Origin: Thermotogota bacterium
GTDB taxonomy: Bacteria > Thermotogota > Thermotogae > Petrotogales > Petrotogaceae
Direction of reading: 5' to 3'
NCBI GenBank assembly: GCA_024233675.1
Contig: JACKPH010000001.1
Location: 436,682-500,681 of the forward strand
DNA length: 64,000 bases
In this document: one piece after another, positions 8,833 to 17,718 of the stretch
Numbering within the stretch: the stretch's first letter is position 1
How the letters are laid out: every line of letters begins with the position of its first letter
Made by a program: the position numbers and the translations under genes
The notes under the pieces: model-generated
Databases searched by the model: none
Seen by the model: only the letters and a program-made list of their open reading frames with translations
Told to the model about the DNA's origin: nothing

Positions 8833-11451
8833 TTACAACTCCTTCAGGAGCGCATTAAGCTTCCTGTACTGTTCCCTTGCTTCTTCAAGTTTTACTTTCG
8901 TTTCCTCAACAATTTCAGGTTCTGCTTTTTCTGTAAAATTCTTATTCATAAGTTTTTTATCGTATTTTTCAACATCTTTTTCGGCTTTGGAGATTTTCTT
9001 TCCGAGAATCTGTTTTTCAGCCTCAACGTCTATTAACATTCCAAGTATAACATACGCCTCAACACTTTCATCAACAAAAAATGTGGCGGATTTCGGCTGT
9101 TTGGAATCAACCAAAGTTATTTTATCAACAAATCCTATATTTTTTATTAAATTTTCTGATTTTTCATACCATTTATCTTCATTAATCTGTTTAATATTAA
9201 TTTCAACAGTTTTAATATTAGGAATATTCATCTCGGCTTTTACATTTCTGAGTCCTCTTACAAATTCCGTTATTCTTATAAATGTCTTTTCTTCTTCCTC
9301 AAAAATATATTTTTCGTCATATACAGGCCATGATGCATTTATAAGAAATTCTGTATCTTTTTTTACAGGTATACTCTGCCATAATTCTTCTGTAAGATAA
9401 GGCATATAAGGATGTAAAAGTCTTAACGAATTATCAAGAATATAAACAAGTACATTCTGAGCTACAGATTTTTCATTCTCTGATTTAAGTCTGTCTTTTA
9501 CAGCTTCTATATACCAGTCACAAAGTTCATTCCAGAAAAATTCATAAAGAGCTTTCGCTGCCTGGTTAAAGTCATAAGAATCATTTGCCTGTGTTACTTC
9601 TTTTATTACCTTCTGCATTCTTGTAAGAATCCATTTATCCTCAACATTTAAATTTTCAGTTTTAATTTCTTCCTGTTTAAAATCGTCCATATTAAGAAGC
9701 ATAAATCTTACAGCATTCCATATTTTATTGGCAAATTTTGAATAAGAATCAAATACTTTAGGATCAAGTTTTATATCCTTTCCCTGTGCTGCAAGCATTG
9801 TAAGTGAAAATCTCAGAGGATCTGTACCGAATTCACTTATTATATCAAGAGGATCTATTCCGTTACCGAGTGATTTTGACATTTTTCTGCCCTGTTTATC
9901 CCTTACAAGAGGAGTAATATAAACATCTTTAAACGGGGCTTTTCCCATGAATTTATCCCCCATCATTATCATTCTTGCAACCCAGAAGAATATTATATCA
10001 AAAGCAGTTACAAGTGTACCTGTAGGATAAAATCTTTCTAAATCCTCACTTTTTTCCGGCCAGCCGAGTGTTGAAAACGGCCAAAGTGCGGAAGAAAACC
10101 ATGTATCAAGAACATCCTCATCCTGTTTTAAATTTTCCGAACCACATTCCGAACATTTATCAGGACGGCTTTCGGCAACATTAACATGTCCGCATTCCTG
10201 ACAGTACCATACAGGAATTCTGTGTCCCCACCAAAGCTGTCTTGAAATACACCAGTCTCTTATATTATCCATCCAGTTAAGATAAACTTTTTCCCATCTG
10301 TTAGGATGAAAAACAGTTTCTCCTTCCTGAACGGATTTAACAGCTTTTTCCGCAAGAGGTGCCATTTTTACAAACCACTGATCCATAAGAAAGGGTTCAA
10401 CAACAGTATGGCATCTGTAACAATGTCCTACAGAATGATCATGATCTTCTGTTTTTTCAACAAAGCCCTGTTCTTCAAGATCTTTCATTATTTCTTCCCT
10501 TGCTTCGTATCTATCCATACCTTCATATCTCAGGGCATTTTCATTCATTTTTCCGTTTTCACCTATAACCTGTATTCTTTCAAGGTTATGTCTTAATCCT
10601 ATCTGATAATCGTTAGGATCATGTGCCGGTGTTATTTTTACCATACCTGTTCCGAAAGCAGGATCAACATAAGCATCTGCTATTATTTCAATTTCCCTTC
10701 CTACCAAAGGAAGTATAACTTTTTCTCCGACTATATCTTTATATCTTTCATCTGAAGGATGTACAGCTATTGCAATATCACCGAGCATTGTTTCCGGTCT
10801 TGTTGTTGCAATAATTATATAATCTTCTCTGTCTTTAAAATAATATCTTATATGATAAAGTTTTCCCTTATCATCCTCATGTTCAACTTCATCATCTGAT
10901 AAAACAGTTCCGCAGCTCGGACACCAGTTAACTATATATTTTCCCTTATAAATAAGTCCTTCATTGTATAATTCAAGAAAAACCTTATTAACAGCTCTGT
11001 TTAATCCGTCATCAAGAGTAAATCTTTCTCTTGACCAGTCAACAGAAGCACCGAGTGCTCTAAGCTGTTTTCTTATATGATCTCTGTATTCATTAGCCCA
11101 GTCCCATACTTTTCCGAGAAATTCTTCTCTTCCGTATTCCTGTCTTCTCTTTCCCTCTGTTTTCTTAAGATGTTTTTCAACAACATGCTGGGTTGCTATT
11201 CCGGCATGATCTTCCCCGGGAAGCCATAAAGTATCATAACCCTGCATTCTTTTATATCTTGTAAGAATATCCTGAATTGTAATATTAAGAGCATGTCCCA
11301 TATGAAGTTTACCGGTTATATTCGGAGGAGGAATGACTATTGTAAAACTTTCTTCACCTTTTTTTGAAGGTTCAAAAGCTTTTTTTTCCGTCCATGTTTT
11401 GTACCATTTTTCTTCCAGTTCGTGCGGCATATATCTTTTACCAATATCCAT
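8833..11451 (-). CDS. valS: Valine--tRNA ligase
   Basis: Class I signatures PNITGKLHMGHAL and KMSKSLGN are present, with a coiled-coil C-terminal arm. The protein is 872 aa. Confidence 0.97.
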   Translation of the reverse strand: MDIGKRYMPHELEEKWYKTWTEKKAFEPSKKGEESFTIVIPPPNITGKLHMGHALNITIQDILTRYKRMQGYDTLWLPGEDHAGIATQHVVEKHLKKTEGKRRQEYGREEFLGKVWDWANEYRDHIRKQLRALGASVDWSRERFTLDDGLNRAVNKVFLELYNEGLIYKGKYIVNWCPSCGTVLSDDEVEHEDDKGKLYHIRYYFKDREDYIIIATTRPETMLGDIAIAVHPSDERYKDIVGEKVILPLVGREIEIIADAYVDPAFGTGMVKITPAHDPNDYQIGLRHNLERIQVIGENGKMNENALRYEGMDRYEAREEIMKDLEEQGFVEKTEDHDHSVGHCYRCHTVVEPFLMDQWFVKMAPLAEKAVKSVQEGETVFHPNRWEKVYLNWMDNIRDWCISRQLWWGHRIPVWYCQECGHVNVAESRPDKCSECGSENLKQDEDVLDTWFSSALWPFSTLGWPEKSEDLERFYPTGTLVTAFDIIFFWVARMIMMGDKFMGKAPFKDVYITPLVRDKQGRKMSKSLGNGIDPLDIISEFGTDPLRFSLTMLAAQGKDIKLDPKVFDSYSKFANKIWNAVRFMLLNMDDFKQEEIKTENLNVEDKWILTRMQKVIKEVTQANDSYDFNQAAKALYEFFWNELCDWYIEAVKDRLKSENEKSVAQNVLVYILDNSLRLLHPYMPYLTEELWQSIPVKKDTEFLINASWPVYDEKYIFEEEEKTFIRITEFVRGLRNVKAEMNIPNIKTVEINIKQINEDKWYEKSENLIKNIGFVDKITLVDSKQPKSATFFVDESVEAYVILGMLIDVEAEKQILGKKISKAEKDVEKYDKKLMNKNFTEKAEPEIVEETKVKLEEAREQYRKLNALLKEL

Positions 11452-11520
11452 AAAAAAAACCTCCGTTTACTAATTTATATGTTTATAAATATTATACATT
11501 CCGTAAAGTTATTTATCAAT

Positions 11521-11946
11521 TTATTTTCTTGTGTTTTTAAATATTAATTTTGAAATATAAGATGACACAGAAATACCTATAACTATTCCGAAAGCGGCTA
11601 CAAAAGTTTCGTATGCATATCTGAACGCTCCGGAAGGGTTATTTTCTATAAATTTCTGTATAGTAAAAAAAGCTGACGCTCCGGGAACAAGAGGTATTAT
11701 TCCTGCTGTAATAAACGGATGTATATTTGTTTTGAATTTCTTTGAAAAATAATTAGACATAACACCTACAATTACTGTAGATATAATTATTGCTGCCTCA
11801 TATCCGTACACAAGATTAATTATCTCATAAAAAAACCAGCCGGTCATTCCTGTAAAAGCAGCCCATGGAAGCTGATTCCACGGAGTATTAAAAATAATTG
11901 CAAATGCTCCCGTTGCAAGAAAAGAAAAAAGTATTCTTGTAATCAT
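11521..11946 (-). CDS. Threonine/serine exporter family protein, small subunit (ThrE_2/YjjB-like)
   Basis: A roughly 140-aa polytopic membrane protein lying directly after a ThrE-like gene. The start is moved to ATG 11946 (MITRILFS), 4 nt after the upstream stop. Confidence 0.7.
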   Translation of the reverse strand: MITRILFSFLATGAFAIIFNTPWNQLPWAAFTGMTGWFFYEIINLVYGYEAAIIISTVIVGVMSNYFSKKFKTNIHPFITAGIIPLVPGASAFFTIQKFIENNPSGAFRYAYETFVAAFGIVIGISVSSYISKLIFKNTRK

Positions 11947-11950
11947 ATCA

Positions 11951-12691
11951 TCATCTCCACAAAGCGCTTGATATACCTGCACCAAGCACCAAAGCACTCA
12001 ATATAATAAGCGATTCCAAAAGTTTTGAACTTCCGGAAACAAAATTCCTTTCGCCTATCTCTATTACAGAGTTAGTTAAAAGAAGACCGGGAACAAATAT
12101 CATTATACTTCCTGCAAGTGCCGGAAGAAAATTCAGTTTCATAAAAATAGAAAATACCTCTAAAAATGTGTGAATAAAAAATCCGGCAATAAAATCCTTA
12201 AATATTCTGTTAGATATTTTCAGGGTAGATAAGTAAACAAATGTTCCTACAACAGAGGATATAAAAGCATCTGTAAAATTTCCCTTAAAAACTACAGAAA
12301 ATGAAAAACATGCGACAAAAACTGCTATAATTGTTATGAAAAAAGGTACTGTTTTTCCCATATATTTTTTATTGAGATCTATCAGTTCTTTTTTTACAAT
12401 TAAAAGCGGTGTTCTTTCGGATATAAATTTTTCCAAAAGATTTTCAAGTTTTTCGAGTTTGTAAAAATTAATTTCATTGACAGTAACTCTTTTAATTCTT
12501 GTTATAGACTTTCCCTTAGCATCTATTACAGTAAGATATATTACTGTTCCTATTGATGCTATCTGAATTTCAAGTCCGTAAGAATTTCCGAGTTTTGTTA
12601 TCGTGTTTTCAATTTCTCCGGCATTGGATCCGTAAAGAAATAATAACCCCGCTATTTCTATAAAAATATCGGCAACCCGTTCTAAATGCAT
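11951..12691 (-). CDS. Threonine/serine exporter family protein (ThrE/YjjP-like)
   Basis: The layout is a soluble N-terminal domain followed by 5 TM segments. The start is moved to ATG 12691 (MHLERVADI), which is preceded by GGAGG. Confidence 0.7.
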   Translation of the reverse strand: MHLERVADIFIEIAGLLFLYGSNAGEIENTITKLGNSYGLEIQIASIGTVIYLTVIDAKGKSITRIKRVTVNEINFYKLEKLENLLEKFISERTPLLIVKKELIDLNKKYMGKTVPFFITIIAVFVACFSFSVVFKGNFTDAFISSVVGTFVYLSTLKISNRIFKDFIAGFFIHTFLEVFSIFMKLNFLPALAGSIMIFVPGLLLTNSVIEIGERNFVSGSSKLLESLIILSALVLGAGISSALWR

Positions 12692-12732
12692 TTTTGTACC
12701 TCCAGAAAGTATATAATAAAAAGGTGATAATA

Positions 12733-14682
12733 ATGGAAAAAAGTTTTGTATCAAGAATTCTCAGACTTATAAACATTTATTTTGTAATATTTACAATAAT
12801 CATATTAATATTAGTATATATCGTTTCTTTTTCCGTTATAGAAAACAATGTTAACAATAATCTTAATTTATTGTCAGATGAAAAGAAACAGTCTATGGAA
12901 TCCATAAAAAACGAACTCCCTGAAGAATTCAGAAAATATATGAAAAACCCTTATTATGAAGCAAATTATATTGACATAATATACAATATAACAAACGATA
13001 AAATTATATACAGCAAAGAAAATTCTTTTAAAGATGTACACTCAAATATATCACATCAGTCTGATGATTTTATAAAATTTAATGACCAATATTATTTAAT
13101 TTCATGGGAATATTACAACGGCAGTAAATACATATACGGAATCAACTCGGAAAGACTTGTAAATATTCTCAACTCAGTGGAATCCACAGGAAAATATTTT
13201 ATAATACTTAAACTCGGCGAAAATTATATTATTCCGGATTCAATAGTATTTCCTGAACAAATTTCGGAAATACTGTCAGAAAATAAAGGTAAAATTTCAT
13301 TAAAAAATGAATCTTTTCTTATAAAATATGAAAAAATATACAACTTCGAATATATAGTAATGATTAATAACAGTATTCTGAATGTTTTAATAAGAAATCT
13401 GACTTTTTGGTTTTTATTCATAGTAATTTTCATAGGTATATTTTATTTTGTACTTCTTGAAAAAATAAAAGATATAATAAACAAACCGGTGAACATAATA
13501 ATATCAGATATAGAAAAAATTCAGAACAAAAAGAAAAATGAAATTTCCTACGATGTTAAAGATGAATTCGGAAAAATCGCAGATGAATTTAATAACCTTT
13601 ATTATCAGCTGAAAGACTCTATCAAAGAACTTGAAGAATCCGAAAAAGAAGCTAAAAAATCATCGAATATAAAAACGCAGATACTGAACACTCTCTCTCA
13701 CGAAATAAAAACCCCGCTTCAGAGTATAATAGGATTTACAAGTATATTAAAAATGTCTTTAAAAGATCCGATGCAGTCAGACATGCTTTCAAGAATAGAT
13801 AAAAGTACAAAAGACCTTCAGGAACAGGTAGAAAGACTTCTTGAAAGATCACGTATTGACTCGGAAACAGATCAGACAAGACTGGTTTTCGGAGATAATG
13901 AATATAAGCAGAAAATAATAGATTTAATATTCAAAATGGAATCAAAAACAGAAAAGAAAAATTTAAAATTTTCAAATAATCTCAAAATTCTGACCGAAAA
14001 TTATTTTGAATTCATAGATTATACAAAACTAATAAGAATATTACAGGAAATAACCGATAACGCAGTAAAATTTACAGATTACGGATCCATAAAAGTAAAT
14101 GCGGAAATAAAAAATGATTTTCTCAAAATAGAAATTCAGGATACAGGAAACGGAATAAACAGCGAAAGTCTGAATAAAATTCTTGAGGGCTTTTATCAGG
14201 AAGAAAATTACCTTACAAGAAAAAATGAAGGTCTCGGAATAGGAATATCAATAGCAAAAAATTACTGTTCTCTTATGGACGGAACACTCAGCATTTCGGC
14301 ACTGGATTCAGGAACACTTGTAACCATAATGATTCCTGTACAGTTAACAGAAGTAAAACTTAAAAATTTCTCTTTAAAAAATGATTTTAATAACTCACCT
14401 GTTTTCAATTCATTAACTCCTGAGGAAAAAACTGCCGAAAAAGACCGTGTGGCAGTTGAATTTATACAGTACAATTACAGAATTATGGAATCCTATGATT
14501 ATAATACCATAAAAGAATCTCTCGAAACAGCTATAATACTATCAAAAAACTATGACCTTTTTACACTCAAAAATATATACAATGAATTATACAAAAAACT
14601 TTTTTACTCTGACACTTCAATAATAAAAACCAAAGAATTTGTAAAAATAATTAACTCACTCATAAAATATAAAACCTTTTAA
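12733..14682 (+). CDS. Sensor histidine kinase with extracytoplasmic sensor domain
   Basis: The H-box is SHEIKTPLQSI, and the N/G boxes include DTGNGI and GLGIGISIAKNY. Two TM segments bracket a roughly 200-aa domain. The start is moved to ATG 12733 (SD AGGTGA). No cognate regulator is adjacent. Confidence 0.85.
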   Translation: MEKSFVSRILRLINIYFVIFTIIILILVYIVSFSVIENNVNNNLNLLSDEKKQSMESIKNELPEEFRKYMKNPYYEANYIDIIYNITNDKIIYSKENSFKDVHSNISHQSDDFIKFNDQYYLISWEYYNGSKYIYGINSERLVNILNSVESTGKYFIILKLGENYIIPDSIVFPEQISEILSENKGKISLKNESFLIKYEKIYNFEYIVMINNSILNVLIRNLTFWFLFIVIFIGIFYFVLLEKIKDIINKPVNIIISDIEKIQNKKKNEISYDVKDEFGKIADEFNNLYYQLKDSIKELEESEKEAKKSSNIKTQILNTLSHEIKTPLQSIIGFTSILKMSLKDPMQSDMLSRIDKSTKDLQEQVERLLERSRIDSETDQTRLVFGDNEYKQKIIDLIFKMESKTEKKNLKFSNNLKILTENYFEFIDYTKLIRILQEITDNAVKFTDYGSIKVNAEIKNDFLKIEIQDTGNGINSESLNKILEGFYQEENYLTRKNEGLGIGISIAKNYCSLMDGTLSISALDSGTLVTIMIPVQLTEVKLKNFSLKNDFNNSPVFNSLTPEEKTAEKDRVAVEFIQYNYRIMESYDYNTIKESLETAIILSKNYDLFTLKNIYNELYKKLFYSDTSIIKTKEFVKIINSLIKYKTF

Positions 14683-14712
14683 ATCTTAAGAAAATTTTAA
14701 CATAAAATTTTC

Positions 14713-14741
14713 TTGAACAAAGCAGAAATAAGTGATAGAAT
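14713..14741 (+). promoter_or_regulatory. Candidate promoter for tRNA-Asn
   Basis: TTGAAC (14713-14718), an exact 17-nt spacer, then TAGAAT (14736-14741). The mature tRNA 5' end is 15 nt downstream. Confidence 0.45.
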
Positions 14742-14755
14742 TAATTCTGATATGA

Positions 14756-14830
14756 TCCGGCTTAGCTCAGCGGTAGAGCGGATGGCTGTTAACCATTAGG
14801 TCGGGGGTTCGAATCCCTCAGCCGGAGCCA
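14756..14830 (+). tRNA. tRNA-Asn (anticodon GTT), CCA encoded
   Basis: The cloverleaf can be read by hand. The acceptor stem is TCCGGCT/AGCCGGA, the D stem GCTC/GAGC and the anticodon stem GATGG/CCATT. The loop CTGTTAA gives the GTT anticodon. The T arm is GGGGG-TTCGAAT-CCCTC, followed by discriminator G and CCA. Confidence 0.95.
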
Positions 14831-14833
14831 GTA

Positions 14834-14863
14834 AAAGAGAATCTTAATGATTCTCTTTTTTTT
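14834..14863 (+). terminator. Rho-independent terminator after tRNA-Asn
   Basis: Stem aaagagaatc pairs with gattctcttt around a 5-nt loop and is followed by a T-run. Confidence 0.6.
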
Positions 14864-14900
14864 ATATTTTTATGTTATTATTTTTACCGGGGTGATAAAA

Positions 14901-15719
14901 TTGAAAATCGGAATTTATCAGATGAATGTAATGAAAAACAAAAAAGATACTTTAGAAAAACTAAAAAATTTTTTTGATCAATCTTTTGAAGAAGAAACAG
15001 ATTTTATACTTCTTCCTGAAATGTTTAACTGTCCTTACGATAACACCTATTTCAGAGAATATTCAGAAAATGAAAAAAACGGGGAAACATTAAAACTTCT
15101 TTCCGAACTTTCGGCAAAATATAAAACCTATATAATAGGAGGATCTGTTCCTGAAAATGACTGCGGAAAAATATACAACACATCATTTGTATTTGACAGA
15201 AACGGAAAAATTATAGCAAAACACAGAAAAATACATCTATTCGATATAAATATACCCGAAATAAGATTTATGGAATCTGATGTACTATCACCAGGAAACA
15301 ATATAACAATATTTGATACCGAATTCGGAAAATTCGGAGTTATTATATGCTATGATATACGCTTCCCGGAACTTTCAAGAATAATGGCACTTGAAGGGGT
15401 TAAAGGTATATTTGTTCCTGCCGCATTCAACACGGTAACCGGTCCGGCTCACTGGGATATTCTTTTCAGAAGCAGGGCAATAGACAATCAGATATTTATG
15501 TTCGGAGCTTCTCCCGCACGTGATGAAAATTTCTCCTATAATGCCTACGGTCACTCTCTTATTGTAAATCCATGGGGAAAAATAATAGCCGAATTCGATA
15601 AAAAAGAACAATTCGGATTTTTTGATATAAATTTAGACGAAATTAATTTTTACAGAGAAAAAATGCCTTATTACAATCACAGAAGAACGGATATTTATAA
15701 TATAAAAAGAACCATTTAA
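14901..15719 (+). CDS. Carbon-nitrogen hydrolase family protein (nitrilase/omega-amidase-like)
   Basis: The Glu-Lys-Cys triad context is present (LLPEMF, HRKIHLF, ICYDIRFPE). I prefer TTG 14901, 7 nt after GGGGTGA. The longer ORF-track N-terminus overlaps the tRNA terminator. Confidence 0.85.
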   Translation: MKIGIYQMNVMKNKKDTLEKLKNFFDQSFEEETDFILLPEMFNCPYDNTYFREYSENEKNGETLKLLSELSAKYKTYIIGGSVPENDCGKIYNTSFVFDRNGKIIAKHRKIHLFDINIPEIRFMESDVLSPGNNITIFDTEFGKFGVIICYDIRFPELSRIMALEGVKGIFVPAAFNTVTGPAHWDILFRSRAIDNQIFMFGASPARDENFSYNAYGHSLIVNPWGKIIAEFDKKEQFGFFDINLDEINFYREKMPYYNHRRTDIYNIKRTI

Positions 15720-15745
15720 AAAAATTCAGATTACGGAGGCTTCCT

Positions 15746-16309
15746 ATGAAAAAAACTTTTTATCTTTTGTCGGTTATTATTTTATTTTCATTTCTGCTTA
15801 TTTCATGCAGCGGACTTTTTAATAAAGCTCCGATACTTAAACACATAGGTAATAAAAGTATTCAGAAAAACACCAGACTGGAATTTAGTGTTTATGCAGA
15901 AGATGCTGAAAACGACGTATTAAATTATTATGCCGATAATTTACCTTCAGGTGCATATTTTTCAGATAAAACTTTTTCCTGGACACCAAATTCAACAGGA
16001 GTTTATTATGTTACATTCAGGGTTTCTGACGATAAATCAGAAACATCGGAAACAATTTCTATTACAGTTGATTCAGCTCCTTTATTTATATATTACGAAA
16101 ACGAAAAAAATATTGCCGTGAATAAAACTTTAAACTTTACGCTAACCGCAACTGATAACGATAATGATAATCTGACATACAGTGCGGAAAATCTTCCGGA
16201 GGGAGCTGTTTTTAAAGACGGAACTTTTACATGGACACCATCTTCTGCCGGAGAGTTTGTTGTCACGTTTAAAGTATCAGACGGTACTTTTGAAGCTAAA
16301 AAAATATAA
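15746..16309 (+). CDS. Lipoprotein with two Ig-like (He_PIG/cadherin-like) repeats. It is probably the 5' part of a frameshift-interrupted gene.
   Basis: Lipobox LLISC. Two paralogous repeats are present (NLPSGAYFSDKTFSWTPNSTGVYYVTFRVSD and NLPEGAVFKDGTFTWTPSSAGEFVVTFKVSD). The ORF stops just after an A7 tract in the middle of the second repeat. Confidence 0.7.
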   Translation: MKKTFYLLSVIILFSFLLISCSGLFNKAPILKHIGNKSIQKNTRLEFSVYAEDAENDVLNYYADNLPSGAYFSDKTFSWTPNSTGVYYVTFRVSDDKSETSETISITVDSAPLFIYYENEKNIAVNKTLNFTLTATDNDNDNLTYSAENLPEGAVFKDGTFTWTPSSAGEFVVTFKVSDGTFEAKKI

Positions 16310-17196
16310 AAATAATAGTACATGATACTGTAATTATTTTTAATGATGCTATTCTTGAAAATTATATAAGAGGAATATTGCAAAAACCCATAGAAGATAT
16401 ATATCCTTCTGATGTTTCAAATATAACAGGACTAAGCTTTACAGGAACATCATCAAAAATTTCTGATATTACAGGTTTATCTTATTTTAAAAAATTAATA
16501 TCTTTAAATTTTAGAAATAACCGTATTACAGATGTTTCTTCTTTAAGTACTTTAACAGGTTTAACTTTTTTAGATCTGTCCGGAAATACTTTATCCGACA
16601 TTTCCCCGTTAAAAAGTTTAACAAATCTGAACACATTAAATCTGCAACAGAATGCTATAACGGATATTTCATCATTAAACGGTTTAACAAATCTGAACAC
16701 ATTAAATCTATCCCAGAACAGTATTTCAGATATATCGGCGCTACAGAATTTAAAAAATATTAAAAATTTAAATTTAAGCTATAACAAAACCATAGAAAAT
16801 ATATCATACTTAAAAGATCTGACTGAAATCACAACTCTCAATCTTACTGATAATAAAATCTCAGATATATCATATTTAAAAAATCTTATAAACCTTACGA
16901 CACTGGATATTTCACGTAATAATATAAGTGATATATCTTATTTGAAGCCTCTTATAAAAATGGAAAAATTATTTGCTTACAGCAATAACATATCTGATAT
17001 TTCATCTCTTGAATACTTACAAAATCTAAAAAATATATCAATAAACGACAATAAAATATCCGATATTTCGGCACTTGTAAAAAATACAGGTTTAGGAAGT
17101 TCAACAACGTTACTTTTAGGACGAAATATCAATTTAGGAATGGATAGTCCTGATGTACAAACATTACTAAAAAGAGGAGTTCATATTTATTTTTAA
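16300..17196 (+). CDS. Leucine-rich repeat (internalin-like 22-residue LRR) domain ORF. It is probably the 3' part of the same gene, in the -1 frame.
   Basis: About 10 LRR units are present (LxxLxLxxNxIsDIsxL), including two near-identical 66-bp units. There is no signal peptide and no convincing start; the track's TTG 16378 has its SD only 3 nt away. The frame is open from 16300 and encodes KNIKIIVHDTVIIFNDAILENYIRGIL, which completes the Ig repeat and the usual LRR cap. Confidence 0.7.
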   Translation, partial: KNIKIIVHDTVIIFNDAILENYIRGILQKPIEDIYPSDVSNITGLSFTGTSSKISDITGLSYFKKLISLNFRNNRITDVSSLSTLTGLTFLDLSGNTLSDISPLKSLTNLNTLNLQQNAITDISSLNGLTNLNTLNLSQNSISDISALQNLKNIKNLNLSYNKTIENISYLKDLTEITTLNLTDNKISDISYLKNLINLTTLDISRNNISDISYLKPLIKMEKLFAYSNNISDISSLEYLQNLKNISINDNKISDISALVKNTGLGSSTTLLLGRNINLGMDSPDVQTLLKRGVHIYF

Positions 17197-17202
17197 TCTT
17201 AT

Positions 17203-17243
17203 AAAAAAACGGATTTTTACTCATAGTAAAAATCCGTTTTCTT
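17203..17243. terminator. Bidirectional hairpin between the convergent LRR and niaR genes
   Basis: A 13-bp stem acggatttttact (17209-17221) pairs with agtaaaaatccgt (17225-17237). It is flanked by an A-run and a T-run. Confidence 0.55.
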
Positions 17244-17718
17244 TTAATTTACTGACTATATTATTAAACTCTTCTTCGGTTTCGGTTTCTATTTTGTGCA
17301 AATGTATTCCGTAATTAAGATAAGAAAGAGGTTTTGTATTTTTTATTTTTTCACAGAATATTTCAATATCAACTTCATTTTCTATATCCAGACTTGCATT
17401 TATTTCTCCGTAAACAGGATGTTCAACCGTTATATCTATTACGGATCCGCCGCCGGAAATTATTATTTCAAGTTCTTTCTTTATATCTCTTTCATTATGT
17501 TTAACTGCAACTGTTTTTATAATTTTATTTTTACTTCTTATATAATATCCACGTGAATTTGAACGTATTTCAGTTCCTGAAGCTTTCATAAGAGCTATAT
17601 CCTTAACTATAACCTGACGCGTAACATTGAGCATATCTGATAAATATGCCCCTGATACAGGTTTTATATTTTTTTCAAGGATTTTAAGTATTTTTTCCTG
17701 TCTTGATGAAAGATTCAA
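17221..17718 (-). CDS. niaR: Transcriptional repressor NiaR (HTH plus 3H domain, YrxA family)
   Basis: VTRQVIVKDIALMKA (HTH), VEHPVYGEINA and GIHLHKI closely parallel B. subtilis YrxA/NiaR (VSRQVIVQDISLLKA, IEHPVYGDLTA, GVHLHTL). Confidence 0.85.
   Translation of the reverse strand: MNLSSRQEKILKILEKNIKPVSGAYLSDMLNVTRQVIVKDIALMKASGTEIRSNSRGYYIRSKNKIIKTVAVKHNERDIKKELEIIISGGGSVIDITVEHPVYGEINASLDIENEVDIEIFCEKIKNTKPLSYLNYGIHLHKIETETEEEFNNIVSKLKENGFLL

Noticed and set aside
8696-9400. A 234-aa ORF on the plus strand
   Set aside because: It lies entirely antisense to valS/folC, which have unmistakable motifs. Its product is low-complexity and Ser/Phe/Ile-rich, as expected from reading AT-rich coding DNA backwards.
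11452-11520. T-box or other leader riboswitches upstream of valS, glyQS and alaS
   Set aside because: The upstream gaps are only 69, 17 and 27 nt. That is far too short for a T-box leader, and no specifier or antiterminator-like structure is visible.
12694-12754. Apparent head-to-head overlaps and N-terminal extensions in the ORF track (12694, 26008, 38176, 59888, 53350, 50857, 44515, 45617, 14847)
   Set aside because: In each case an internal start codon with a proper GGAGG-type SD gives the expected conserved N-terminus and removes the overlap. The extensions are artefacts of longest-ORF calling.
16378-17196. The LRR ORF treated as an independent gene starting at TTG 16378
   Set aside because: The product would have no signal peptide although LRR/internalin-type domains are extracytoplasmic. 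The SD spacing is only 3 nt, and the upstream in-frame sequence continues the preceding Ig repeat. The frameshift-fusion interpretation is preferred.
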